A DNA stretch of 64,000 nt, from the IMG/VR virus record IMGVR_UViG_3300027708_000021. One strand, written 5' to 3'. Position numbers and translations under genes: made by a program. Below the pieces are notes generated by a model that had not been told where the DNA came from, did not search any database, and was given only the letters and a program-made list of their open reading frames with translations. This DNA is from a virus. This document shows, one piece after another, positions 30,940 through 40,266 of this stretch (positions are counted from its first letter, which is position 1; the number at the start of each line of letters is the position of its first letter).

Positions 30940-32727
30940 ATGGCAGTCACTATAAACGGATCAGTAGCAATAACAGGCACCACTAGTATGGATCCTGCTA
31001 TATTGCCGGTAGTAGCCGTAGCAGGTACTACTACTACGGTATCAGCTAGAGTAGGTGTCGCACTTAGTTTTAGTCCATTTGCTAGCCTTACCAACGGATA
31101 TCCTCCATATATAGTTTCTGTACAGTCAGGTACATTGCCCGCAGGATTGACAATAAACAGCGTGGGAGTAGTATCTGGTACTCCCACTACGGTACAAGCG
31201 GCAGCTAATGTGGTATTTGCTGTCACTGATTATTTTGGTAATCCAGCTGCTACCACTGTTACAGTGAATTTTACAGTATTGAACATGTCAGCTGTAGCTG
31301 GAGCTACTACGACTGTATCAACAGCGGTTAATCAATCTATTACCAGCTTTAGTCCATTTAGTAGCGTAACAGGCGGAGTTAGTCCGCTGGTATATTATGT
31401 CAGTTCTGGTACCTTACCTCCTGGTATCACTATTAACAGTAGTACCGGTTTAGTATCTGGCACTCCTACTACCGTACAGTCAGCATCCAATGTAATATTT
31501 GCTGTTAGAGATTCAGCAGGTAATCAAGCTACGACTACAGTTACAGTTGGTTTTACAGTAACTAGTATTGTAGCTGTAGCTGGAGCTACTACTACGGTAT
31601 TTGTAGTAATAAATACTGCTATCACTAATTTTAGTCCGTTTTCTAGTGTGTCATATGGATACACTCCATATACATATTTTGTCAGTTCAGGTACATTGCC
31701 CACAGGTATTACACTTAACAGTAGCACTGGAGTAGTATCTGGTACCCCTACTGCGTTATACACAGCAGCTAATGTAGTATTTGCAGTTAAGGATGCACAA
31801 AATAATCAAGCTGTGACCACAGTCACAGTCAGCTTTGAAGTAGTAGCCCCAGGATATACTCTTAACTATCTAATAGTAGCCGGTGGTGGCGGCGGCGGAT
31901 ATAGCTCAGTTGGAAGTTATGGTGGTGGCGGTGGCGGTGGTGGTGGATTTTTATCAGGGAACACTTATGTATCCTTTGGAAATCCATACAGTATTCAAGT
32001 TGGAGCAGGTGGACTTGGATCTACAGGTACGGGTGCAGGTGCGCCAGGAAATAATTCAATTTTTTCTAGCTTTACCTCAATCGGTGGCGGTGGTGGTGGC
32101 AGTACCCTTTGCGCTCCTGTCATGCCAGGTCAACCCGGCGGTTCAGGTGGCGGAGGCATGGGTTATCAGCCTATGGGCATAGCCATTGGTAGTCCTGGTT
32201 ATGGTGTAGCTGGCACTCAAGGATATCCTGGCGGCGCAGGAATTACATTGCCAGGTATTCCTTCTTTTGCTGGCGGTAGTGGCGGCGGCGCTGGGGGTAC
32301 AGGAAATTTTAGCACTTGTACTGTTGCTGGCCCTGGCGGCCTTGGTCGTCTTTGGCCATTTAATAATACCACGTATGCCGGCGGTGGTGGTGCTGGACTA
32401 GGAGGTCCTGGTAGTGCTAGTGGTCCCAGCCCAGGCGGTGGCGCCAGTGGAGGTCCGTTTAATCCACCGCTTGGCAGCGTTGGATTTAATGCAGGAACCA
32501 ATACTGGAGGTGGTGGTGGAGGAGGCTCTCACGGAACCAGCATTGGTAGAGGTGGTGGCAACGGAGCAGCCGGAACAGTTGCCTTAGCAATACCAACGCC
32601 ATTTTATCCAGGAGTAGTTGCGCCAGGCGCTGCTGTATCAACACCAGCAAATGCTCCAGGTTATACTGTGTTGACATATACAACCCCAGGACCTACTGTA
32701 ACATCACCATTTACATTTACTGCCTAA
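30940..32727 (+). CDS. Adhesin-like protein: N-tag, 3 Ig-like, 1 Gly-rich domain
   Basis: Same modules; C-terminus PGPTVTSPFTFTA is identical to that of 14123. Confidence 0.75.
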   Translation: MAVTINGSVAITGTTSMDPAILPVVAVAGTTTTVSARVGVALSFSPFASLTNGYPPYIVSVQSGTLPAGLTINSVGVVSGTPTTVQAAANVVFAVTDYFGNPAATTVTVNFTVLNMSAVAGATTTVSTAVNQSITSFSPFSSVTGGVSPLVYYVSSGTLPPGITINSSTGLVSGTPTTVQSASNVIFAVRDSAGNQATTTVTVGFTVTSIVAVAGATTTVFVVINTAITNFSPFSSVSYGYTPYTYFVSSGTLPTGITLNSSTGVVSGTPTALYTAANVVFAVKDAQNNQAVTTVTVSFEVVAPGYTLNYLIVAGGGGGGYSSVGSYGGGGGGGGGFLSGNTYVSFGNPYSIQVGAGGLGSTGTGAGAPGNNSIFSSFTSIGGGGGGSTLCAPVMPGQPGGSGGGGMGYQPMGIAIGSPGYGVAGTQGYPGGAGITLPGIPSFAGGSGGGAGGTGNFSTCTVAGPGGLGRLWPFNNTTYAGGGGAGLGGPGSASGPSPGGGASGGPFNPPLGSVGFNAGTNTGGGGGGGSHGTSIGRGGGNGAAGTVALAIPTPFYPGVVAPGAAVSTPANAPGYTVLTYTTPGPTVTSPFTFTA

Positions 32728-32730
32728 TAA

Positions 32731-32754
32731 AAAAAGCACCCTAGGGTGCTTTTT
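32731..32754. terminator. Bidirectional terminator identical to the one at 24150
   Basis: AAAAAGCACCCTAGGGTGCTTTTT between convergent genes. Confidence 0.85.
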
Positions 32755-32755
32755 G

Positions 32756-33907
32756 TTATATCTTAAATAATTTTAGATTATTTTCAATCTGTGCTAAGGG
32801 TTCGTCCCAAGCACCTATACTAGGTTGGCGGAATATACGACAACTACTGTACCAAGGACTGTCATTGCGTTTCAGCAACCAGCGCCAGTCCTGGCCAAAC
32901 TGATTCAATGGCAACCAGAATGGGCGACCCAGAGCTCCAGCTAAGTGACCTACGGCAGTATCTACAGCTATGACCACATCGAGATTCATGATCAATCCTG
33001 CTGTGTCGTTCCAGTCTTTAATCTCACCGTTATATTGTGTTACACCTTGTGCTACTAACTTATCCAGTTCTTCTTGAGTACAGTCTGTTTGTAAATTGAC
33101 CCATTCATATTGGGGATTACGCTGGATCAAGTCAAATATCTTGTCAAAAGGCACAGCTTTGTGCTGATTGATCCAACTGTCTCTGCGCCCGGACCAGCAT
33201 ACACCCACACGCAATTTCATTTTTCTGCCCAGTCGCTCCTGCCATGCCCGTGTGCTCATTGAACTAGGAGCTAGGTACTGTAATTTGTGTGGCAAATTAG
33301 CATAATTTATATTTAAAAATCCAGGCAAACTCATCATGGGGCTCCAATAATCAAAGTGTGGCAGGATATCATCTGAACCTAGTACTGTAACAGGCGATGC
33401 AAATGAATTTACCAATAATGCTTTTAGATTGTTCTCTACACATATGACCACATTAGCCCCTAGCTTGATCAATTGTTCAGCAAAGCGGCAAAATTGTATG
33501 TTATCGCCATGGCCTTGTTCGCCTGTGATTATGATAGTCTTGTCTTTTAAATCCTGACCTTCCCATCGCGGCTGACTCAACTTAGGAAGGGTACCATCTA
33601 AGTGTTCAAACTGCCAGCGTTTTTCATACTGCTTCCATCCACGATCTAGATCTCCAGCTAACAAATATGCCACAGCAAGATTAAATTGGGCCACACTATC
33701 TTTATCATTGATAGCTATGGCATTTAATAAAAATCCAATGGCTCTGTCTGGATAACCCATCTCTCTAACTACATTTCCATAGTTGTTATAAGCTGATCCC
33801 ATGTCAGGATTTTGTATAAATGCTTGGGCATAACAAGCTAGGGCTTTTTCTGGTTCGGAAATTGAGCGAAAATGATTACCATGTGCTAGTAGTTCGTCGT
33901 GTGTCAT
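32756..33907 (-). CDS. TPR + GT-B (GT9-like) glycosyltransferase
   Basis: N-terminal TPRs ('AYNNYGNV', 'AQFNLAVAYL'), 'GW..YE.RW', 'EQGHGDNIQFCRF', 'VGVCWSG', 'DTAGLI.NLDVVIAVDTAVGHLAGALG', 'DWRW...SPWY'. Confidence 0.88.
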   Translation of the reverse strand: MTHDELLAHGNHFRSISEPEKALACYAQAFIQNPDMGSAYNNYGNVVREMGYPDRAIGFLLNAIAINDKDSVAQFNLAVAYLLAGDLDRGWKQYEKRWQFEHLDGTLPKLSQPRWEGQDLKDKTIIITGEQGHGDNIQFCRFAEQLIKLGANVVICVENNLKALLVNSFASPVTVLGSDDILPHFDYWSPMMSLPGFLNINYANLPHKLQYLAPSSMSTRAWQERLGRKMKLRVGVCWSGRRDSWINQHKAVPFDKIFDLIQRNPQYEWVNLQTDCTQEELDKLVAQGVTQYNGEIKDWNDTAGLIMNLDVVIAVDTAVGHLAGALGRPFWLPLNQFGQDWRWLLKRNDSPWYSSCRIFRQPSIGAWDEPLAQIENNLKLFKI

Positions 33908-33913
33908 GGGTAA

Positions 33914-33919
33914 TATTTA
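33914..33919 (-). promoter_or_regulatory. Possible late promoter TAAATA for the glycosyltransferase
   Basis: TATTTA on + strand, 6 nt upstream of the - strand ATG at 33907; similar short spacing to the portal gene. Confidence 0.5.
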
Positions 33920-33957
33920 CTTGAAATTAAACACCCACTTTAAAAAACACCTTAATT

Positions 33958-33965
33958 TATAAATA
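33958..33965 (+). promoter_or_regulatory. Full T4 late promoter TATAAATA
   Basis: Exact consensus, followed by a ~90-nt leader and SD AAGGAG. Confidence 0.75.
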
Positions 33966-34058
33966 CTTGTCAAGGCAATAATGCTTTTTATGCTGAGATT
34001 AAACCCCACAGCGTAGCGGAATAGAACCCGCATCGGACTTCTTTAAGGAGAAAACAAA

Positions 34059-35012
34059 ATGGGTCGTCCACTTAAAATTAAAAAATCAACCACCATTGAT
34101 ATTGGTTTCAATGACTTTGGTAACTTAGATCCTGGTACAGCAGTTATTCCAGTTGGAATGACAAGCACAGAATTCTTGGGTGTAGTTGGTGGTGCCAATA
34201 CCAATATTGCCACTAGCGCATATCCTGTAGTTAAAATTACAGCTAACGTTAATGGTCAACAAGGTGCTGCTTATATTATCACACAAAAAGGCCAAATAAA
34301 ATATTTGGTAGCTGGCGAAGATTCAGTAAATGCTGGCAGTTTCACAGTGGGATATTCATATCAAATTACTAGCCTAGGTGACACTAACTGGACAGCGATT
34401 GGTGCTGGTGTTAACCCACAAATCGGCGGCATTTTTACAGCCACTGGCGTAGGTTCAGGTACAGGTACAGCCACTGATTGCGGTCAATGCTCTTTGGTTA
34501 CTAGCGGAACGCTTGCTAGTGGTCAAATGAACATGGTATTTGATGTCGATGGCGGTGTACAATACGCTAGCCGTTTGACTAACAAATTTATCTGGGATGC
34601 CAACACAACTCCAAATCGTTATGCTGTTAACTTCTTCGTATCTGGAGAAACAACACCAGTAACACTTGGTACTGTAGCTGTTGCTAATACCAGCGGTTGG
34701 TTTACTGCTAACGCTACTACTATTACATCAGGTCAGTTGGTTTCAGTATCTGGAACATTAACTGGTAATGCTACAATTACTGGCTATACAAACCCAACTA
34801 CTTACTATGTAATCGACACTAACGGCACAACAACTTTACAGTTATCCACTACTTATAATGGAGCTAATATTGTTACTGTTGCTGGTAATACTCGTGGCCT
34901 TACATTTAGCCTAGCTAGTTCAACTACAGTTAAATCAGGCGCAGATATTGCTACATTTACCAATGGAACTGGTAATTTAACCTTAGCACAAGTTCAAAGT
35001 TACACATCGTAA
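34059..35012 (+). CDS. Putative abundant virion structural protein (MGRPLKIKK...)
   Basis: Own consensus promoter, strong SD and terminator; beta-rich sequence. Confidence 0.6.
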   Translation: MGRPLKIKKSTTIDIGFNDFGNLDPGTAVIPVGMTSTEFLGVVGGANTNIATSAYPVVKITANVNGQQGAAYIITQKGQIKYLVAGEDSVNAGSFTVGYSYQITSLGDTNWTAIGAGVNPQIGGIFTATGVGSGTGTATDCGQCSLVTSGTLASGQMNMVFDVDGGVQYASRLTNKFIWDANTTPNRYAVNFFVSGETTPVTLGTVAVANTSGWFTANATTITSGQLVSVSGTLTGNATITGYTNPTTYYVIDTNGTTTLQLSTTYNGANIVTVAGNTRGLTFSLASSTTVKSGADIATFTNGTGNLTLAQVQSYTS

Positions 35013-35061
35013 TTTATAACTAGCTAAATCCCAAGTAGATATAGCACGTCGAAGTACTTTG

Positions 35062-35088
35062 ATCCCCCACTAACCTGGGGGATTTTTT
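35062..35088 (+). terminator. Intrinsic terminator (ATCCCCCA-CTAACC-TGGGGGAT-TTTTT)
   Basis: GC stem followed by a U-tract. Confidence 0.8.
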
Positions 35089-35139
35089 ATGGTTCTAGCA
35101 TTTGTATTTTCACATAAATAATCAAAAGGATTCTTTCTG

Positions 35140-35757
35140 ATGTCTTCGTACAAAAATGTAAACAGTGATTATACACTAACTTGTGATAACGGCAACGGCC
35201 ATTTTACAGTTAATGCTATAACGGCATTCCAAGGAAATGTAGCTTTTAACGGTAATGTTACTTACATTGTGCCTGCTACGAACGAATCAGCGTTTTATAC
35301 AGCAGCAGCAAATAATACTGGCGCTATTACTGCCATGGGTTTGTTGGGGCAAACAGGACCAAATACTTTTGCTGGTTTAAAATTTGATAGTACAGTTAAT
35401 GCTTGGCAAACAAGTACTAGTGTAACTTCTACTGGAGTACCGATATCTCCTTATGCCAATATTGGAGGAAGCGGATCTACAGCGGCAGGATCTAATACAC
35501 AGATACAGTTTAATCAGGCAGGCGCATTTGGAGCCAGTGCCAACTTAGTCTACGATTATGCCAATAGTAGACTAACACTACAAGGTACTGAAATATTTGG
35601 CAACATTGGCGCTACACCGAGCTATTCAGGAAATGGTGTGGCAGTTTATAACAACACCGTAGGTGGAGGTGGCACAGGTCTTTATGTCAAAAATGCCACT
35701 GTTAACGACGAATTAGTAAGCAAAAGCAAAGCGATTGTTTACGCAATTATATTTTAA
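35140..35757 (+). CDS. Putative virion structural protein
   Basis: TAAATA at 35115; 'AAGSNTQIQFN..GAFGASANL' fibre-type motif. Confidence 0.6.
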   Translation: MSSYKNVNSDYTLTCDNGNGHFTVNAITAFQGNVAFNGNVTYIVPATNESAFYTAAANNTGAITAMGLLGQTGPNTFAGLKFDSTVNAWQTSTSVTSTGVPISPYANIGGSGSTAAGSNTQIQFNQAGAFGASANLVYDYANSRLTLQGTEIFGNIGATPSYSGNGVAVYNNTVGGGGTGLYVKNATVNDELVSKSKAIVYAIIF

Positions 35758-35766
35758 GGAATAAAA

Positions 35767-36078
35767 ATGACTATAGCATTAGCCCAATTAACAGATTCAG
35801 CAGATGCCATTTATACTAGTTCAGGTAATACGGCTATTACCTCATTAACTATGTGTAATTGGGGACCATCTCCAGTTACCGCCAATTTATATGTAGTACC
35901 CAATGGACAATTACCTGGCACTACTAACATTGCGTTATCGAGTGTACTAATTACTTCATCAGAAACTGCTCAACTGTATATGTTTGCAGAAAAATTATTA
36001 TTAGGACCCGGCGATACTATTTGTGCTAACACATCTGCTAATACTGTAACAGCGATAACTTCATATACTTCACTTTAA
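35767..36078 (+). CDS. Small beta-rich structural protein
   Basis: SD AAGGA; translationally coupled to the next gene. Confidence 0.6.
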   Translation: MTIALAQLTDSADAIYTSSGNTAITSLTMCNWGPSPVTANLYVVPNGQLPGTTNIALSSVLITSSETAQLYMFAEKLLLGPGDTICANTSANTVTAITSYTSL

Positions 36079-36488
36079 TGCCAAACTTTTATAAAAATCG
36101 TCTCTTGTTATCTGGAAGTACTGCTACTGTGTTGCCGGTTGGTGACGATGGTGACAGACCAGATTATCCGTTAACAGGCGCAATCAGATATAATACAGAT
36201 CTGTCTGGTATAGAATTTTATAACGGCAGTACTTGGATAAATGCAAGTGCTGGCGCAACTACATATACAATAGATAGTTTTGTTGGTGATGGAACTCAAA
36301 CACAATTTACATTGACATCGACTCCTAGTAATGCTTCGCAAATTATTGTGTTTGTTGGATCAGTTTATCAAGCACCATTTGTTCAAGGTGGCGGAATATC
36401 AGCGTATACTGTAGCTGGCGCTCAAATTGAATTTACTAGTGCGCCACCAAACAATGCCACAGTAAACGTCATACTTACAGCTAACTAA
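36078..36488 (+). CDS. Small baseplate/fibre-associated protein
   Basis: 'LPVG....RP....G.IRYNT....EFYNG..W' and 'F.GDG..T.FTL...Q.P...Y...FT.AP' modules shared with 38917 and 40366. Confidence 0.6.
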   Translation: MPNFYKNRLLLSGSTATVLPVGDDGDRPDYPLTGAIRYNTDLSGIEFYNGSTWINASAGATTYTIDSFVGDGTQTQFTLTSTPSNASQIIVFVGSVYQAPFVQGGGISAYTVAGAQIEFTSAPPNNATVNVILTAN

Positions 36489-36511
36489 ATATTAAATTAT
36501 CAGGATACTAA

Positions 36512-38917
36512 ATGTCAATTAATCAAATACCAGGACAACTATTACAAGGCAATCTTGAAAGAGATGGTAATAGCCTGGCCTTTGTCAATACAGCTAACAG
36601 CACACCTACATTATTTTTAGATATTGCTAATAGCAATGTTGGTATTAATACTGCCACACCGCAAACAGCGTTAGACATTGTAGGTACTTTAAGTGTTGAC
36701 ACTATCAATGCTCATACTTCTAGTGGCAATATTGCAATTAATACCAACGCTAATGTAAGTGGCAATATTTCTGCCACTGGAAATATCACTGGCGACTTCT
36801 TTTTTGGTAACGGCAGTCAATTAACAGGCATTGCGGCTTCGAGTGTTAATGCTAATAATTTAATTGGCAATACATTAAGTTCAAATGTAACAACTAGTAG
36901 TTTAACTGCGGTTGGAACATTGGCCTCATTAAGTGTAACAGGCAACACAACTAGTGGTAATTTATTAACTGCTGGATTAATTTCAGCTACTGGCAATGCT
37001 CAAGCTGCAAATATTACAACAGCTGGGTTGATCAGCGCCGCAGGAAATGTTGCGACTGGCGGTTTCTTCATAGGCGATGGCAGTTTGATTAGCAATATCA
37101 ATGCCAATGTAAATACTCAAACTCTTTATGTAGATAATATCATTTCATATACTAGTGGCGCTAACATCAATGTCATGCCATCGGGCAATGGAGTGTTTAC
37201 TATCGCGAATACCTACGGTGGCGCAACTGGAATACAACTAGGATCAAACACACAAGGCACATTTGTCAGTAATGCCACAGTATTAACTTCTAATACCAGT
37301 GTTACTAATGGGTTGGCATTATTAAATCAAGTATTAGGAAAATTAGTTCCTACCGCGCCGCCAAATTTTCCAGCTAATACAACATTAACTATTACTACAT
37401 CTAGTACTTCTGCTAGAATGTGTTCAGGTTTTACACAGCCAAATAATACAACAACAGGTAATAAAGCGGTGGCAGCGGGTACATTAGTCAGTGCTATTCG
37501 TTCGTCAACTTATACAACTAATACTATCAGTAATGCTGGTCCTGGTGATTCAGGAACATTACGGGTTTATCTAAATAGTGTGAATGCTGGCAATGTTACT
37601 TTTAACACAGCCGCTACTCCAACCGGTAACGGCGTATACAGTAATTTAGTAGTGACTAATAATTATGATTATCATAACGCTAATGCTAACGTTTTAGCAG
37701 GATTTTGGTATGTGTTTACATCGCAAGCTACCGGAACTGTGCCTTCGGGTTGGAATGAAGTTTATATGTCTGACACACAGACAGGAAATACAAACACACT
37801 GGGTTGGTATTATGATGCTAGTACAGCATCTGCTCCGGTATTTTCATCAAAAACATTTACAGCCTGTGCTAGTCCAAGTTTAACATATTCAAGCACTATT
37901 CCCCACTATAATTCAGGAACAAATTTTCTCATTGGATTTAGTGTAAACAATCTTAGTGGTAACATGTACCCAAACAATGGAAATTTACTAACAAACACAA
38001 CAACTGCTGGCGGTGCATTCCAAGCACCAGCCACTGTAAGTTATTCATCAGCGGGCATTACTGTTCCACTAGCACAAAATTTGTATGTAGGATCTGGCAA
38101 CGCTAATGCGGCAACTACTGCTGCTATTGTTACTGGATTCGGTAGTAGTGCCTCTGGTCCGCAAATCACAGTGACCAATAGTTACAATTCAACTGCCAGC
38201 ACATTTACACCATCTGGTACAGTATTGTATAAAACTGGAACATCAACAGCCATCGACGAATCCAATATTGTTATCGGATCAACTATTGGTTCAGGTTCCG
38301 GCAACGCTTATCGTATTGTAAATCCTGGCACAGGCAACACTCCAGTTTTCACAGGATCCGAAGCGCAGTTTAACAGTATAACAGGACCTTTTTATTCATA
38401 TGACGCTACAGTAGTTGGGTCAGGCTCACAAGGTGTTCTTAAATTTGATCAAACCAATTATGCCAGCGGATCATATTTACCCGCTGGACCAAATCTAACA
38501 GCACAAGGTTCGTCACAATGGTTTACATTTAAATTTGTACGCACGGCCACAAGTAAATTTGATATTCAGATAGCAGGAACTGTAGGCGGTATATGGGTAG
38601 CGTTACCTGGCAGCGTATTCGATACAAACGTCGGCGGCATTGGTCCAACATCAGATTTAAATGGTTGGTTGAATATGAGTTTACCTTATGGCGGTTCTGG
38701 AAGGCCAGGAGCCAGCACCGCTAACGGCGGAAATGGATCAAATGGCTGTGCGTTAAGTGGAGTGATACCAATAAACACCGCTATTAACGGAAGATATACT
38801 TGTACGTTTGGAACCGTTTCTAGTTCTTCCACTAGCGCAAATGAAATTTATGTACGCATTAGACTGACTAGTGGTCAAAGCGTTACAACGTTAGCATTAC
38901 AATCAGCGAGCAATTAA
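36512..38917 (+). CDS. Fibre-like virion protein, 801 aa
   Basis: 'NVGINTATPQTALDIVG' and G-N-[IV] repeats in the N-terminal part. Confidence 0.6.
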   Translation: MSINQIPGQLLQGNLERDGNSLAFVNTANSTPTLFLDIANSNVGINTATPQTALDIVGTLSVDTINAHTSSGNIAINTNANVSGNISATGNITGDFFFGNGSQLTGIAASSVNANNLIGNTLSSNVTTSSLTAVGTLASLSVTGNTTSGNLLTAGLISATGNAQAANITTAGLISAAGNVATGGFFIGDGSLISNINANVNTQTLYVDNIISYTSGANINVMPSGNGVFTIANTYGGATGIQLGSNTQGTFVSNATVLTSNTSVTNGLALLNQVLGKLVPTAPPNFPANTTLTITTSSTSARMCSGFTQPNNTTTGNKAVAAGTLVSAIRSSTYTTNTISNAGPGDSGTLRVYLNSVNAGNVTFNTAATPTGNGVYSNLVVTNNYDYHNANANVLAGFWYVFTSQATGTVPSGWNEVYMSDTQTGNTNTLGWYYDASTASAPVFSSKTFTACASPSLTYSSTIPHYNSGTNFLIGFSVNNLSGNMYPNNGNLLTNTTTAGGAFQAPATVSYSSAGITVPLAQNLYVGSGNANAATTAAIVTGFGSSASGPQITVTNSYNSTASTFTPSGTVLYKTGTSTAIDESNIVIGSTIGSGSGNAYRIVNPGTGNTPVFTGSEAQFNSITGPFYSYDATVVGSGSQGVLKFDQTNYASGSYLPAGPNLTAQGSSQWFTFKFVRTATSKFDIQIAGTVGGIWVALPGSVFDTNVGGIGPTSDLNGWLNMSLPYGGSGRPGASTANGGNGSNGCALSGVIPINTAINGRYTCTFGTVSSSSTSANEIYVRIRLTSGQSVTTLALQSASN

Positions 38918-40266
38918 TGACAATATCACAAGCACAATATGTTGATTTATTAGTTAAGAAACTTTCCGGCGTTGCTACAACCGATAACGCTGAAAATAAA
39001 AGCCCTTCTAACGAATCTATACCATCACCAGCACTTAATCGAGGCGACACCGTATGGACTCAAGCTGATCAAATTCCAAGCCTAGCTGCTAATGTAGCAA
39101 ATTTATCATTTCAGTATGCTAATTCAAATCCTATACAATGTACTGCTGATACAACATCGGTACCAATTAGAAACAGCCAAAGCCAATTAATTTATCCGAC
39201 TTGGTTAACTAGTGTACCAGAATGGATCCCACCAGAATTTGGCAGTGGGTATAGTGTTAAGGCTTATGTTGGTCCGGCAAATATTGGTAATTTAACTGGC
39301 GCAAATGTAACTCTTATTTCAGCTACTGGCCAAGGCGGATCATACCCCGGAGAATTCTTTTTTGATTACCAAGCTGGATTGTTATATTTTATCGGTGAAA
39401 CGATTCCTAATGTTTTAACCACAGGCAACGTAGTTTATATTACTGGCTACAGTTATGCAGGTTTAACCGGTGTTACTAATTTGCCCGGCAATACCAATAT
39501 TGGCAATATTAATATCACAGCTACCTCATTATCGTCGGTAGATATCAACGGAAATTTAATCGCATTCAGTGGCAATAGCGGCATTGTGCTGCCATCAGGA
39601 AATACTGCCCAGCAACCAAGCAATGCTGTGACGGGTACTACTCGATTTAACACAACCCTAAGTTCTATTGAAACATGGAGCGGCACAGCTTGGGTAACTG
39701 GCAGCGGTGGTGGCGGTAATGTTACTCCAGGCACAATCACTGACCAACAAATTACTCCCGACGGAATCTCAAATACTTACACTTTAAATCAATCTACATC
39801 AAGTGCTGGTGTTTTAGTGTCTATCAACGGTGTAGCCCAAATGCCAACTACGGCATATAGTGTAACTGGTAATTCTATAACATTTACACAAACACCGTTA
39901 ACACAAGATTTAATTGATATCCGATTTATTTCATATTCTAATACTGTGTCATCCTTAACAAATAGTTCTGGCAATGCGACAGTAACAGTCAGTGACGCGG
40001 GAAATGTTTCATTTACAGCCAACGGTAATCTAGTAACTACCATGTCAGCCAATCTAGTTTCCGTGACAGGCAATATTTACACTTCCGGTATAATACAGGG
40101 CAATGTATATACTGTAGCAACTTTGCCCTTGGCCAATGTCGCAGGCTCTGGATCTCGAACCTTTGTTAATAATTCAAATACTACAGTATTTTATAATATA
40201 GCAAACGCCGGCGGCAGCAATACAGTACCTGTATTTTCAGACGGAAATAACTGGCGTATAGGATAA
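38917..40266 (+). CDS. Virion structural protein, 449 aa
   Basis: TAATG coupling; shares modules with 36078 and 40366. Confidence 0.6.
   Translation: MTISQAQYVDLLVKKLSGVATTDNAENKSPSNESIPSPALNRGDTVWTQADQIPSLAANVANLSFQYANSNPIQCTADTTSVPIRNSQSQLIYPTWLTSVPEWIPPEFGSGYSVKAYVGPANIGNLTGANVTLISATGQGGSYPGEFFFDYQAGLLYFIGETIPNVLTTGNVVYITGYSYAGLTGVTNLPGNTNIGNINITATSLSSVDINGNLIAFSGNSGIVLPSGNTAQQPSNAVTGTTRFNTTLSSIETWSGTAWVTGSGGGGNVTPGTITDQQITPDGISNTYTLNQSTSSAGVLVSINGVAQMPTTAYSVTGNSITFTQTPLTQDLIDIRFISYSNTVSSLTNSSGNATVTVSDAGNVSFTANGNLVTTMSANLVSVTGNIYTSGIIQGNVYTVATLPLANVAGSGSRTFVNNSNTTVFYNIANAGGSNTVPVFSDGNNWRIG

Noticed and set aside
14779-32683. Many minus-strand Pro-rich and alternate-frame Val-rich ORFs (e.g. 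14779..15438, 15282..15662, 18236..18610)
   Set aside because: Shadows of GGN-rich codons in the real Gly-rich genes; no independent expression signals seen.
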